Position numbers and translations under genes: made by a program. From contig JAKPSI010000067.1 in NCBI GenBank assembly GCA_029555415.1, positions 18,515 through 82,514 on the forward strand: a stretch of 64,000 bases of DNA. The letters are read 5' to 3'. Shown here one piece after another: positions 28,090 through 38,241 of this stretch (the first letter of the stretch is position 1; every line of letters begins with the position of its first letter). The notes beneath the pieces were generated by a model, which saw nothing but the letters and a program-made list of their open reading frames with translations, searched no databases and was not told the origin of the DNA. The DNA comes from Bacteroidota bacterium. GTDB lineage: Bacteria; Bacteroidota; Bacteroidia; Chitinophagales; Chitinophagaceae.

Positions 28090-30603
28090 ATGCTGCAGCG
28101 CTTCCTGCTTCTTTTCGTTTTCAGTTTTTCAGTTTTCACGATCTCCGCCCAATTGCAATCACCGGATGCTTTTCTCGGCTATAAAGTGGGCACCCGTTAT
28201 ACCCCGCACTGGAAGATCGTGAGTTATTTCAACCAGATCGCCGCAGCGGCACCGCAGACGGTGAAACTGCAGTCATACGGACAAACGAATGAAGGAAGGA
28301 CACTGCTGGTGACTTTCATTTCTTCTTCGGATAACATCAGCAATTTGGAGAATATCCGGAAGAACAACCTTCGCCTCGCTGGTCTGAGCCCGGATAAAAT
28401 GGCGGCGAATGAAGTAGCACCCGCCATCGTTTGGCTGAGTTACAATGTGCATGGTAATGAAACCTCCAGTTCTGAAGCTGCGATGATGACGCTCTGGGCA
28501 CTGGTGGATCCGAATAATAATACGACCAGGGAATGGCTGAAGAATACAGTGGTGGTGATCGATCCCTGTATCAATCCTGATGGCCGCGACCGTTATGTGA
28601 ACTGGTTCAATTCCATCGCGGGAAAGAACATGAATCCCAACCGGATCGCGCGTGAACACCGCGAACCCTGGCCGGGCGGTAGGGTGAATCATTACAATTT
28701 CGATCTGAACCGCGACTGGGCCTGGCAAACACAGGTGGAAAGTCAGCAGCGCATCAAATTATACGATCAGTGGCTGCCGCAGGTGCATGTGGATTATCAT
28801 GAGCAGGGCATCAACAGTCCTTATTATTTCGCACCCGCCGCGCAACCTTATCATGAAGTGATCACGCCCTGGCAGCGTGAGTTCCAGCAAACGATCGGTA
28901 AGAACAACGCGCGTTATTTCGATGCCAACGGCTGGCTCTATTTCACCAAGGAAGTATTCGATCTGTATTATCCTTCATACGGAGATACGTATCCGATCTA
29001 TAACGGTAGCATCGGTATGACCAATGAACAGGGTGGTGGTCCACAGGGCGGTCTCGGTGTGCTGAATGATGAAGGCGATACACTGACACTGCTTGACCGT
29101 GCCACGCATCACTTCACCACCTCACTCAGTACCATCGAAGCCTCTTCACTCAACGCACCCCGCTTGCTGAAAGAATTCAGGAAATTCTTCAGCGATGGCG
29201 TACAGAACGGCGTGGGTGAATACAAGACCTATGTGATCCGCAATGAAGCGGCCAATTCTGAAAGGATCGCGTCGCTGCTGACATTGCTTGATAAGAACCA
29301 GATCCAGTATGGTACCGGCAGTGGTACCGGAAAGGGATACAATTATGGAACTGGAAAAGAAGAAGCTTTTAATGTGGGCAGCAGCGATATCATCGTCAGT
29401 TCATTCCAGCCGCGTTCCGCGCTGGTGAAAGTGCTGTTCGAGCCGAAATCGAAACTCGTTGATTCCGCGACCTATGATATTTCCGCCTGGTCACTTCCTT
29501 ATGTATACGGACTGAATGCATGGGCTTCCCGCGACCGGATCAATCCTTCCGGCGCTGTAACCCGCACTGCGCCTGTGAATACGGACGCGACCTATGGTTA
29601 TGTGATGCCGTGGAAAGGGGTGCAGAGTGTGAAAGTGGCGGGACAGTTACTGCAGAAAGGCGTACTGCTCCGTTATTCTGAAGAGCCATTTGAAGTGAAT
29701 GGGAATAAATTCGAACGCGGCGCGATCGTGGTCCTGCGTACAGCGAATAAATCATTCGGTAATGATCTCTGGAGTCTTGTGAAGAAGACCGCTGATGCGA
29801 ATGGTGTACAGTTATATCCCGTCACTACGGGATTCGTTGATAAAGGTTTCGATTTCGGAAGTGGTAAGATCCATCCTTTCCGGGCACCGCGTGTAGCGAT
29901 GCTGACCGGTGAAGGGGTGAGTTCCGGAGCCGCAGGTGAGATCTGGCATTTCTTCGATCAGCAACTGGAATATCCGCTGACGCTCATCAATGCCAATGAT
30001 GCCAGCCGCATCAACTGGTCCGATCTTGATGTGCTGATCATGCCCGACGGGAACTATCGTTTCCTCTCCGATAAATCAGCGCTGGAAACATTCAAGGCGT
30101 GGATCAGTAAAGGCGGACATGTGGTGGCACTGGAATCAGCGGTAGGACAATTGTCCCGCGCTGAATTCGGGATCAAATCCAAAAAAGAGGATACGGATAA
30201 AAAGGACAGCAACAGTTATGACGCGCTGAAGACATTCGCGGACCGCGAACGTGACGCCATCACAGGAACAACGCCCGGTGCGATCTTCCGGATCAGTCTG
30301 GATAATACCCATCCGCTCGCTTACGGGTATCCCGATTATTATTACACCCTGAAGATGGATGATAATATCTATGAGTTCATGAAAGACGGTGGCTGGAATG
30401 TGGGTGTGCTCAAGAAAGATAATATCCTCGCAGGTTTTGTTGGAACAGGATTACAGCCCAAACTCAAAGATGGTCTGCTGTTCGGTGTGCAGGATCTTGA
30501 TGGCGGCACGGTCACTTATCTTTCCGATGATATCATGTTCCGCAGTTTCTGGGAGAATGGTAAGCTGATGTTATGCAATGCGGTTTTCTTAGTGGGCAGG
30601 TAA
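28090..30603 (+). CDS. M14-family zinc carboxypeptidase with large C-terminal extension
   Basis: Signal peptide. 'YNVHGNETSS' matches the HxxE zinc site. 837 aa. Confidence 0.7.
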   Translation: MLQRFLLLFVFSFSVFTISAQLQSPDAFLGYKVGTRYTPHWKIVSYFNQIAAAAPQTVKLQSYGQTNEGRTLLVTFISSSDNISNLENIRKNNLRLAGLSPDKMAANEVAPAIVWLSYNVHGNETSSSEAAMMTLWALVDPNNNTTREWLKNTVVVIDPCINPDGRDRYVNWFNSIAGKNMNPNRIAREHREPWPGGRVNHYNFDLNRDWAWQTQVESQQRIKLYDQWLPQVHVDYHEQGINSPYYFAPAAQPYHEVITPWQREFQQTIGKNNARYFDANGWLYFTKEVFDLYYPSYGDTYPIYNGSIGMTNEQGGGPQGGLGVLNDEGDTLTLLDRATHHFTTSLSTIEASSLNAPRLLKEFRKFFSDGVQNGVGEYKTYVIRNEAANSERIASLLTLLDKNQIQYGTGSGTGKGYNYGTGKEEAFNVGSSDIIVSSFQPRSALVKVLFEPKSKLVDSATYDISAWSLPYVYGLNAWASRDRINPSGAVTRTAPVNTDATYGYVMPWKGVQSVKVAGQLLQKGVLLRYSEEPFEVNGNKFERGAIVVLRTANKSFGNDLWSLVKKTADANGVQLYPVTTGFVDKGFDFGSGKIHPFRAPRVAMLTGEGVSSGAAGEIWHFFDQQLEYPLTLINANDASRINWSDLDVLIMPDGNYRFLSDKSALETFKAWISKGGHVVALESAVGQLSRAEFGIKSKKEDTDKKDSNSYDALKTFADRERDAITGTTPGAIFRISLDNTHPLAYGYPDYYYTLKMDDNIYEFMKDGGWNVGVLKKDNILAGFVGTGLQPKLKDGLLFGVQDLDGGTVTYLSDDIMFRSFWENGKLMLCNAVFLVGR

Positions 30604-31037
30604 TAATTTTTCTCACTACATAGAAACATTGGGACACATGGCTTTCACCTATGGAAGTTTCTATGTGTAGCTATGATCCTGTGTGGTAAAAAAAGAATTT
30701 TTCTTTTGGAGCTCCTGCCTATTGCAAATCAGCAGGATACATATTTATTCTCCGAATTATTTTTGCAGATTCAGGAAATATTTGAACTTTATGTCTTCAA
30801 ACATTCCACTATGGAATCTGATGAACATGAAAGAAGCGGCTACGCTTCACCGTTAAGATTCACGATCTACAACACTTCTCCTCCCTTTTCAAGTTAAAAG
30901 ACAGAACCAGGACTGAGACAGGCATTCCTGTATCCGCTATCGTGGCCCGCCGGGCTGCTATGGATCGTATTACCTGTACAATAACATTTCGTATTGAACA
31001 TCATCATCATTCTAATCATTCTAATTTTTAAATCATC

Positions 31038-32963
31038 ATGGAAAAAGCAGACCTTATCCGTTGGGGACTCATCATTGGCGTACCCCTCTTTTTGTTACTC
31101 TTTTACAAATTCATTCTCCGTGTTTTCTTCGGGCTCGTGATCGTCCCGGAAGACCGGATCGGACTTGTGACCAAGAAATTCGTGCTCTTCGGTAAACAGG
31201 AATTACCGGAAGGCCGCATCATCGCAACCAAAGGTGAAGCCGGTTTTCAGGCACAGACGCTGGCACCCGGAGTTTATTTCTGGAAATGGATCTGGCAGTA
31301 TTCTATAAACTTCCAGCCATTCATCATCATCCCGACCGGTAAGATCGGTCTGGTGCTGGCAAAGGACGGTGCCGAACTGGAGACCGGCCGTATCCTTGGC
31401 CGCCGCGTAGATTGCGATTCCTTCCAGGACGCGGAAGGTTTCCTCACCAAAGGAGGACGTAAAGGCCGTCAGACCGCTATCATCGCTCCGGGTTCTTACC
31501 GTATCAACACATTTCTGTTCGAAGTGGAACTGACCGAAATGACCATGATCCCCGACAATGCCGTGGGTGTGGTGACAACAGCGGAAGGTATGCCACTGAA
31601 AGAAGGACAGATCGCTGGTGCGATCATGGACGGGCATAACAAATTCCAGGATTGTGATAAGTTCCTGGATCAGGGCGGTTATAAAGGTTTGCAGGAACAG
31701 GTGATCCTGGCGGGTTCCTACTTCCTCAATCCCTGGTTCGCCAAGATCGAAATGGTGAAAATGACCGAGATCGCGATCGGACATGTAGGTGTCGTGATCA
31801 GTTATGTGGGTGAAGAAGGAAAGGACCTCAGCGGTGCCGAATTCAAACATGGTAATATCGTGGCCAAAGGGTTCAAAGGCGTGTGGGCGGAACCGTTAGG
31901 TCCCGGTAAATATCCCATCAACCCGTATATCATGAAAGTGGAACTGGTACCGACCACGAACCTTGTACTGAACTGGGCATCCGCACGGAGTGAATCACAC
32001 CAGCTGGACAAGAACCTGTCAACGATCACGGTGCGCAGTAAGGACGGTTTCCCGTTCAACCTCGACGTATCACAGATCATCCATATCCCCACCACGGAAG
32101 CACCGAAAGTGATCGGCCGTTTTGGTAACATGGTCAACCTGGTGAGCCAGGTACTGGAACCCACGATCGGTAACTATTTCCGGAACAGTGCACAGGACAG
32201 TGATGTGATCGCCTTCCTCGGTACACGTAAAGAAAGGCAGCAGTCCGCCAAGGATCATATCGGCAATGTACTGGAGCAGTATAATGTGTACGGAGTGGAT
32301 ACCCTCATCGGTGATATCGTACCGCCGGAAAGCCTGATGAAAACGCTGACCGACCGTAAACTGGCGGAAGAACAGAAGATCACCTATGATACCGAGAAGA
32401 AAGCGCAGGAGACCCGTCAGACCCTGGAGAAGGAAACCGCTATCGCGGATATGCAGAAAGAGATCGTGAAGGCCGATCAGGGTGTACTGATTGCGGAACG
32501 CATCGCTGATGCGAGCGTGAAGAAAGCGACCGGTGACGCGAACAGTGTGCGTTTGCAGGCCACCGCCGAAGCCGACCGGCTGAAACTGCTGGCAAGTGGT
32601 GAAGCGGAGAAGACCCGTTTACTGGCAAAAGCCAATGCGGAACAGATCGAACTGCTGGCGAAAGCGGATGCGGAAAAGATCTCGCTCACCGGTAATGCGG
32701 AAGCAGAGAAGATCCTGGCGATCGGACGTTCCAATGCGGAATCGTATAAATTGTCGGTTGATGCCATGGGCGGTGATAATTTCACCCAGCTCAAAGTGAT
32801 CGAATCCATCGCAAGCCAGCAGGTGAAGATCATGCCGGATGTACTGATCGGCGGTTCCGGCGACAGTGCCAATGGGGGCATCAGTGGTCTGCTGGGACTG
32901 CAGTTGCTGGAAAAACTTGGACAAAAGATCCAGGAGAAGAAACCTGATCTGAAACAGTCCTGA
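31038..32963 (+). CDS. Flotillin-like SPFH/band-7 protein (YqiK-type)
   Basis: N-terminal TM, SPFH core, then Ala/Glu-rich coiled coil (AEADRLKLLASGEAEKTRLLAKANAEQIELLAKADAEK). 641 aa. Confidence 0.8.
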   Translation: MEKADLIRWGLIIGVPLFLLLFYKFILRVFFGLVIVPEDRIGLVTKKFVLFGKQELPEGRIIATKGEAGFQAQTLAPGVYFWKWIWQYSINFQPFIIIPTGKIGLVLAKDGAELETGRILGRRVDCDSFQDAEGFLTKGGRKGRQTAIIAPGSYRINTFLFEVELTEMTMIPDNAVGVVTTAEGMPLKEGQIAGAIMDGHNKFQDCDKFLDQGGYKGLQEQVILAGSYFLNPWFAKIEMVKMTEIAIGHVGVVISYVGEEGKDLSGAEFKHGNIVAKGFKGVWAEPLGPGKYPINPYIMKVELVPTTNLVLNWASARSESHQLDKNLSTITVRSKDGFPFNLDVSQIIHIPTTEAPKVIGRFGNMVNLVSQVLEPTIGNYFRNSAQDSDVIAFLGTRKERQQSAKDHIGNVLEQYNVYGVDTLIGDIVPPESLMKTLTDRKLAEEQKITYDTEKKAQETRQTLEKETAIADMQKEIVKADQGVLIAERIADASVKKATGDANSVRLQATAEADRLKLLASGEAEKTRLLAKANAEQIELLAKADAEKISLTGNAEAEKILAIGRSNAESYKLSVDAMGGDNFTQLKVIESIASQQVKIMPDVLIGGSGDSANGGISGLLGLQLLEKLGQKIQEKKPDLKQS

Positions 32964-32984
32964 TCAGGACAATGAATGATTGAA

Positions 32985-33018
32985 GCGGGATACGCCAAAG
33001 GCGGTCCCGCTTTTTTTT
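32985..33018 (+). terminator. Rho-independent terminator
   Basis: gcgggatacgcc aaag gcggtcccgc + T8. It shares the GGCGGTCCCG(C/G)T7 core with the terminator at 33576. Confidence 0.65.
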
Positions 33019-33068
33019 GTACCAGAACAGAAATATCCCTACTTTGAAATACACTTAACCTTTCTACT

Positions 33069-33563
33069 ATGATAAAAAAGTACTTCATCATCTTCTCCGT
33101 CCTGATCATGGCGGCGTCCTGTGATCTCCTCGGAAAAAAGGGAATGTCACCCCTGCAATACAATGAATTCGTCAGTAAGCTCGAAACAGCATTGAAACCG
33201 GAGATCAATAAAGCGGAAGCCAGGATCGCGGAATTCAACGGTAATGAACAATATGACAGTATCCGGCTGACGGGGCTCCGAATGAAAAAAATGATCCAGG
33301 CCGATATCGATACGATCCAGAATACGCCCGCACCCAAGGGTAAGGAAGCAGAAGCCTTTAAACTGGGGTCGATCCGTTATTTCCAGTACATCCGGGACGC
33401 ATACGCGATCTATGAGGAGTACGGTGCTGCGGCCACACAGGAAAAAAGGGATGAGGCGCTCAATAAATTGCGTGAGAAAATGAGTCACAAGGAAGAAGAG
33501 AGCAGCAGCATTCACGCAGTGCAGCTGGCTTTCGCTCAGAAGAGCGGTTTCAAAGTCCGTTAA
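33069..33563 (+). CDS. Hypothetical lipoprotein
   Basis: Lipobox MAASC. 164 aa, helical, Lys/Glu-rich. Confidence 0.5.
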   Translation: MIKKYFIIFSVLIMAASCDLLGKKGMSPLQYNEFVSKLETALKPEINKAEARIAEFNGNEQYDSIRLTGLRMKKMIQADIDTIQNTPAPKGKEAEAFKLGSIRYFQYIRDAYAIYEEYGAAATQEKRDEALNKLREKMSHKEEESSSIHAVQLAFAQKSGFKVR

Positions 33564-33575
33564 AAAAGCATTTCC

Positions 33576-33616
33576 CCGGAACCGGGATGCGTCGGAGGGC
33601 GGTCCCGGTTTTTTTG
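33576..33616 (+). terminator. Rho-independent terminator
   Basis: ccgggatgcgtcggagggcggtcccgg + T7. Confidence 0.65.
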
Positions 33617-33676
33617 TGCCCATAGTTTTACCTGACCGGTAAACCGGGCTTCATAATTTGCCGTTATATTCGCTTC

Positions 33677-36184
33677 ATGAAACTACGCCTGAACCAACGA
33701 TATCTGCCGGCCATCTTTTTGCTGTTTTTTTCCGGCAACCTTTTTTCACAAGCACCCGCAACCTGGACCTCTGCCGATATGTACCTCGGCATCCGCAAAC
33801 TCAATGTGCTGGGTTCTGTACTATATGTAGCCGCGCATCCGGATGATGAAAATACCCGGCTGATCGCTTACTTCTCCAAGGATAAATTGTACCGGACCGG
33901 TTATCTGTCCATGACCCGGGGTGATGGTGGTCAGAACCTGATCGGGAATGAACAGGGCGTGGACCTGGGACTGATCCGCACGCAGGAATTGCTGGCGGCA
34001 CGCCGCATCGATGGCGGCGAACAATTCTTTACCCGCGCGTATGATTTCGGTTTCTCCAAAGGACCGGATGAAACGTTTACAAAATGGGACAAGGAAAAGA
34101 TCCTGAGTGATGTGGTATGGGTGATCCGCAGATTCCAGCCCGATGTGATCGTGACCCGTTTTCCGACGACCGGAGAAGGCGGACACGGACATCATACCGC
34201 TTCCGCGATCCTCGCCAATGAAGCATTCAAGGCCGCGGCCGATCCGGATCGTTTTCCGGAACAATTGAAATATGTAAAGGTCTGGCAGGCGCAGCGTATC
34301 GTTTGGAATACATTCAATTTCGGCGGCACCAATACGCAGAGTGAGGACCAGTACAAGTTCGATGTAGGCGGATACAATCCCTTACTCGGGAAAAGTTATG
34401 GCGAGATCGCGGCCACGAGCCGCAGTCAGCATAAAAGCCAGGGATTCGGAGTTCCGGCTTCTCGTGGTGAAGCCATGGAATACTTCCGTACGACTGGCGG
34501 TAAAGCTCCGGCGAATGACCTGCTGGATGGTGTGGACCCGACCTGGAAAAGAGTTGCAGGCGCGGAAAAGATCCCGGTGATCATTGATTCCATTGCGGCC
34601 TCATTCGATCTCCTGCATCCGGAGAGATCAGTGAAAGGATTAGTACGCTTATATAGTGCCATCGCCGGATTGCCCGATGGTTACTGGCGCAACAGAAAGA
34701 TGAACGAAGTGCAGGAGCTTATCGAACAATGCAGCGGATTATTCACCGAAACCACGACCGCACAGGCATTCGCGATCAAAGGCGATTCCGTTCGCATGAA
34801 TTTTTTCTGCAATAACCGGCTGGGTGTGAACGCCGCGCTGAATAAAGTGCAGTTCGTTTCCGCTGAGAATATTGACAGTACATTCAATCTGACTTTGCAG
34901 CGGAATAAGAATGTCGCATTCTCTAAAACAGTATATGTCAGTCCGCTCAATCCGCAAACCGAACCTTACTGGCTGGAGATACCCATGGATGAAGGCCATT
35001 TCAATGTGAAAGAGCCTCGGTCCATTGGTCAGCCTGATGTATCGCCTTCCTGGCTGATGGTCGCAACGATCACGATCGAAGGAACACCTTTCACTTTCAC
35101 CAAACCCGTGCGTTATAAATTCACGGATCCCGTACGGGGCGAATTGTATGAACCACTTGTGGTGTTACCTGCAATGGAATTAAGTTTCGAAAATGAGAAT
35201 TACCTTTCTGTGAATGGTAAAGAAGTAAATACCGGCCTGCATTTCCGTTCGAACAGGAAGGATACGGCTACCTATAAATATGACTATACGGTTTCTAAGA
35301 ACTGGAGGGTCGATAAGCAGGTTGGGCCCGTTGTGCTCAACGGTACGAAAGATCTTCCGCGGAGTGACGTCTTCACGCCGGCCAAACAATTCGTGAATGG
35401 CAAAGAGACGATCACAGCAGTGGCAACGGGAGGGGGTGAGACCTACGAACATTACCGCCGCTTTATCAGCTATGATCATATTCCTTATATCAACTACTTC
35501 AAACATTCCACGGCCAATCTGGTCAGTGTGGATGTAAAGACATACGGCAAGAAGATCGGTTACATCACCGGTGCGGGCGACAAGGTACCCGATGCACTGG
35601 AAGCCATGGGTTATGAAGTAACGATCCTGGGCAGCAAGGACATGGCACGGGTCAATCTGGCCCAGTTCGATGCTATCATTACCGGTGTTCGCGCTTACAA
35701 TACGAACGACTGGATGAATGAGTATTATGACAAGCTCATGAAATATGTGAACGACGGGGGGAACCTGATCGTGCAATATAATACCAGCAATCAGATCGGA
35801 CCTGTTCGTGCGAAGATCAGTCCTTATCCCTTCGAGATCACGCGTACCCGTGTAACGGATGAGAACGCCGAAATGCGAATCGTCAGACCGGAACATCCGG
35901 CACTGAATTTCCCGAATGTGATCACGGCAGATGATTTCAAAGGATGGATCCAGGAACGCAGTATCTATCATGCGGCGGGGCTGGACAAGCATTTCGAAAC
36001 GATCTTTTCCATTAACGATCCCGGTGAGAAAGCGGATGAGGGAAGTCTGATCATTGCGCCTTACGGAAAAGGATTCTTTACGTATACCGGGTTGGTCTTT
36101 TTCCGTGAGTTGCCGGCAGGTGTGCCCGGTGCGTACCGGCTGATCGCGAACCTGATCGCCCTGAACAAGAAAAAAGCATTTTGA
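33677..36184 (+). CDS. PIG-L/LmbE-family deacetylase with large C-terminal extension
   Basis: Signal peptide. 'VLYVAAHPDDENTRLIAY' is the LmbE His/Asp zinc motif. 835 aa. Confidence 0.7.
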   Translation: MKLRLNQRYLPAIFLLFFSGNLFSQAPATWTSADMYLGIRKLNVLGSVLYVAAHPDDENTRLIAYFSKDKLYRTGYLSMTRGDGGQNLIGNEQGVDLGLIRTQELLAARRIDGGEQFFTRAYDFGFSKGPDETFTKWDKEKILSDVVWVIRRFQPDVIVTRFPTTGEGGHGHHTASAILANEAFKAAADPDRFPEQLKYVKVWQAQRIVWNTFNFGGTNTQSEDQYKFDVGGYNPLLGKSYGEIAATSRSQHKSQGFGVPASRGEAMEYFRTTGGKAPANDLLDGVDPTWKRVAGAEKIPVIIDSIAASFDLLHPERSVKGLVRLYSAIAGLPDGYWRNRKMNEVQELIEQCSGLFTETTTAQAFAIKGDSVRMNFFCNNRLGVNAALNKVQFVSAENIDSTFNLTLQRNKNVAFSKTVYVSPLNPQTEPYWLEIPMDEGHFNVKEPRSIGQPDVSPSWLMVATITIEGTPFTFTKPVRYKFTDPVRGELYEPLVVLPAMELSFENENYLSVNGKEVNTGLHFRSNRKDTATYKYDYTVSKNWRVDKQVGPVVLNGTKDLPRSDVFTPAKQFVNGKETITAVATGGGETYEHYRRFISYDHIPYINYFKHSTANLVSVDVKTYGKKIGYITGAGDKVPDALEAMGYEVTILGSKDMARVNLAQFDAIITGVRAYNTNDWMNEYYDKLMKYVNDGGNLIVQYNTSNQIGPVRAKISPYPFEITRTRVTDENAEMRIVRPEHPALNFPNVITADDFKGWIQERSIYHAAGLDKHFETIFSINDPGEKADEGSLIIAPYGKGFFTYTGLVFFRELPAGVPGAYRLIANLIALNKKKAF

Positions 36185-36206
36185 TCCAACCCTGAAAATG
36201 TAAGCA

Positions 36207-36380
36207 ATGGATCAGGAAAGAAAACCGGATACGGGACGCGGCGAGATGGCCTTCTATGTGGCGATCGTGCTGGGTATCGCACTCGGCTTATTCATCAAAC
36301 GGATAAGGGTCGGATTACTGATCGGTATGGTCATGGGACTGCTGATCGTATTTTCCGGCGCGTTACGTAAAAAAAGATGA
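36207..36380 (+). CDS. Small membrane protein (57 aa, two predicted TM segments)
   Basis: MDQERKPDTGRGEMAFYVAIVLGIALGLFIKRIRVGLLIGMVMGLLIVFSGALRKKR. Too short for the ORF track. Found by reading the gap upstream of the symporter. Confidence 0.45.
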   Translation: MDQERKPDTGRGEMAFYVAIVLGIALGLFIKRIRVGLLIGMVMGLLIVFSGALRKKR

Positions 36381-36383
36381 CAC

Positions 36384-36512
36384 ATGCAGGCAGAACAAAA
36401 AGATCATATGCAGGATAATGGAAAATGGGGAGGCTGGTACGCCTTTGTCATCCTGTTCCTGGTATTGCAGATCGTATTGTTCAGCCTCTTCACCCGATAT
36501 TTTTCATGAGTA
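36384..36512 (+). CDS. Small membrane protein (42 aa, one TM segment)
   Basis: MQAEQKDHMQDNGKWGGWYAFVILFLVLQIVLFSLFTRYFS. Its TGA overlaps the symporter ATG (ATGA). Confidence 0.45.
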
Positions 36513-38227
36513 CACTGGATTGGATCATACTGGTCGTTACCCTGCTCGGGATCATCGCGTACGGTTTGTATAAAAGCCGCACGACACATGATCTTGACGG
36601 ATACTTCCTCAGCAACCGGAGCATGCCCTGGTGGCTGGTGCTGCTGAGCATCATGGGTACACAGGCCAGCGCGATCACTTTTTTATCGGCTCCCGGACAA
36701 GCCTATACGGACGGGATGCGGTTCGTGCAATACTATTTCGGCCTGCCACTGGCGATGGTGGTGATCTGTATCAGTTTCGTTCCCCTGTTCAGCCGCCTCA
36801 AAGTGTACACCGCTTATGAATTCCTGGAACAGCGCTTCGATGTGGAAACCAGGACGCTAACGTCTTCACTTTTTTTACTGCAACGCGGATTGTCTACCGG
36901 TATCAGCATCTTCGCGCCTTCGATCATCCTGGCGTCTTTACTGGGCTGGAATATCTACTGGACCAACCTGTTCATGGGCGGCCTGCTCATCATCTATACG
37001 GTGACGGGAGGGGCAAGGGCGGTGGCTTATACGCAACAGTTACAGTTCGTGATCATCTTCGCGGGTATGTTCCTGGCGGGTTATTATGTGGTACATCATC
37101 TTCCTGCCAATATCGGATTCACGGATTCATTGGCCATCAGCGGGAAGCTGGGGAAACTGAATGTGATCACAACCGGGATGAAGCAAGGTTCGTTCGATTG
37201 GGGGGATCGTTATAATATCATCAGCGGAGTGATCGGTGGATTCTTCCTGGCCTTGTCCTACTTCGGTACGGACCAGAGTCAGGTGGGCAGATACCTGACC
37301 GCCAGTTCCGTGAAACAAAGCCGGTTGGGACTATTACTGAATGGTGTGGTTAAAGTGCCTATGCAATTCCTGATCCTGCTGATCGGTATCATGGTCTTTA
37401 CTTTTTATCAGTTCAATAAAGCGCCGGTGTTCTTCAATCAAACGGAGATCGCGCGGCTGGAAAAGTCGGCGTACAGGGATTCCCTGCATGTGATCCAGCA
37501 GAACGGCCTGGCGGTGCAAACGGAAAAGGAAGCAGTGCTGCAACGCTATGCAATTAAGCATGACGCGGTCCATCTGGATACCTTGAAACAATTGCAGGGC
37601 CGGACGGATTTGTTACGTGGTCAGTTGAAATCACTCGTGAAGAAGAACGGCGGTGATGATAATGATACGAATTACATCTTCCTCCGATTCGTGATGGATT
37701 ACTTGCCGGTGGGACTGGTGGGGTTGCTCATCGCCATCATTTTCCTGGCTTCCTGGGGCAGCATCGCGGCGGCACTGAATTCGCTGGCGTCCTGTACGGT
37801 GGTGGATTTCCATAAACGTTTCATCGTGAAAAAGGAAACGAAGGAGGATGACTATCGGGTATCCAGATTGTATACACTGGGCTGGGGTATTTTCTCCATC
37901 ATCGTTTCTATGTTCGCGTATAATATCGGGAACAGCCTCATCGAAGCGGTGAATATACTTGGCTCTCTCTTTTACGGAACGATACTGGGGATATTCCTTG
38001 TGGCATTCTGGTTTAAGAAGGTCGGAGGTAAAGCGGTTTTCATTGCGGCGGTGATCGTTGAACTTGGAGTGATCGGGATGTTCACATTGACACAACAGCA
38101 TGTCATTAATGTTGCCTTTCTATGGCTCAACGTAGTGGGGGCACTCGGTGTGGTGCTGGTCAGCCTGATACTGCAAAGCTTCATGAAGGGGCATAAAAAA
38201 GCCCCGACAGTAAGTGCCGGGGCCTGA
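36509..38227 (+). CDS. Sodium:solute symporter family (SSF) transporter
   Basis: Start trimmed to MSTLDWIILVVTLLGIIAYGLYKS. About 13 TM helices. The SSF N-terminal pattern 'R..........FLS.RS' is present. Confidence 0.8.
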   Translation, partial: STLDWIILVVTLLGIIAYGLYKSRTTHDLDGYFLSNRSMPWWLVLLSIMGTQASAITFLSAPGQAYTDGMRFVQYYFGLPLAMVVICISFVPLFSRLKVYTAYEFLEQRFDVETRTLTSSLFLLQRGLSTGISIFAPSIILASLLGWNIYWTNLFMGGLLIIYTVTGGARAVAYTQQLQFVIIFAGMFLAGYYVVHHLPANIGFTDSLAISGKLGKLNVITTGMKQGSFDWGDRYNIISGVIGGFFLALSYFGTDQSQVGRYLTASSVKQSRLGLLLNGVVKVPMQFLILLIGIMVFTFYQFNKAPVFFNQTEIARLEKSAYRDSLHVIQQNGLAVQTEKEAVLQRYAIKHDAVHLDTLKQLQGRTDLLRGQLKSLVKKNGGDDNDTNYIFLRFVMDYLPVGLVGLLIAIIFLASWGSIAAALNSLASCTVVDFHKRFIVKKETKEDDYRVSRLYTLGWGIFSIIVSMFAYNIGNSLIEAVNILGSLFYGTILGIFLVAFWFKKVGGKAVFIAAVIVELGVIGMFTLTQQHVINVAFLWLNVVGALGVVLVSLILQSFMKGHKKAPTVSAGA

Positions 38228-38241
38228 TCAATGAGATCTTT

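Noticed and set aside
30673-30897. 74-aa ORF in the M14/flotillin gap
   Set aside because: Atypical composition and no RBS or conservation signal. More likely non-coding.
32957-32972. Perfect 14-bp palindrome GTCCTGATCAGGAC spanning the flotillin stop codon
   Set aside because: Short and isolated. Probably a chance or minor structural feature. The real terminator follows at 32985.
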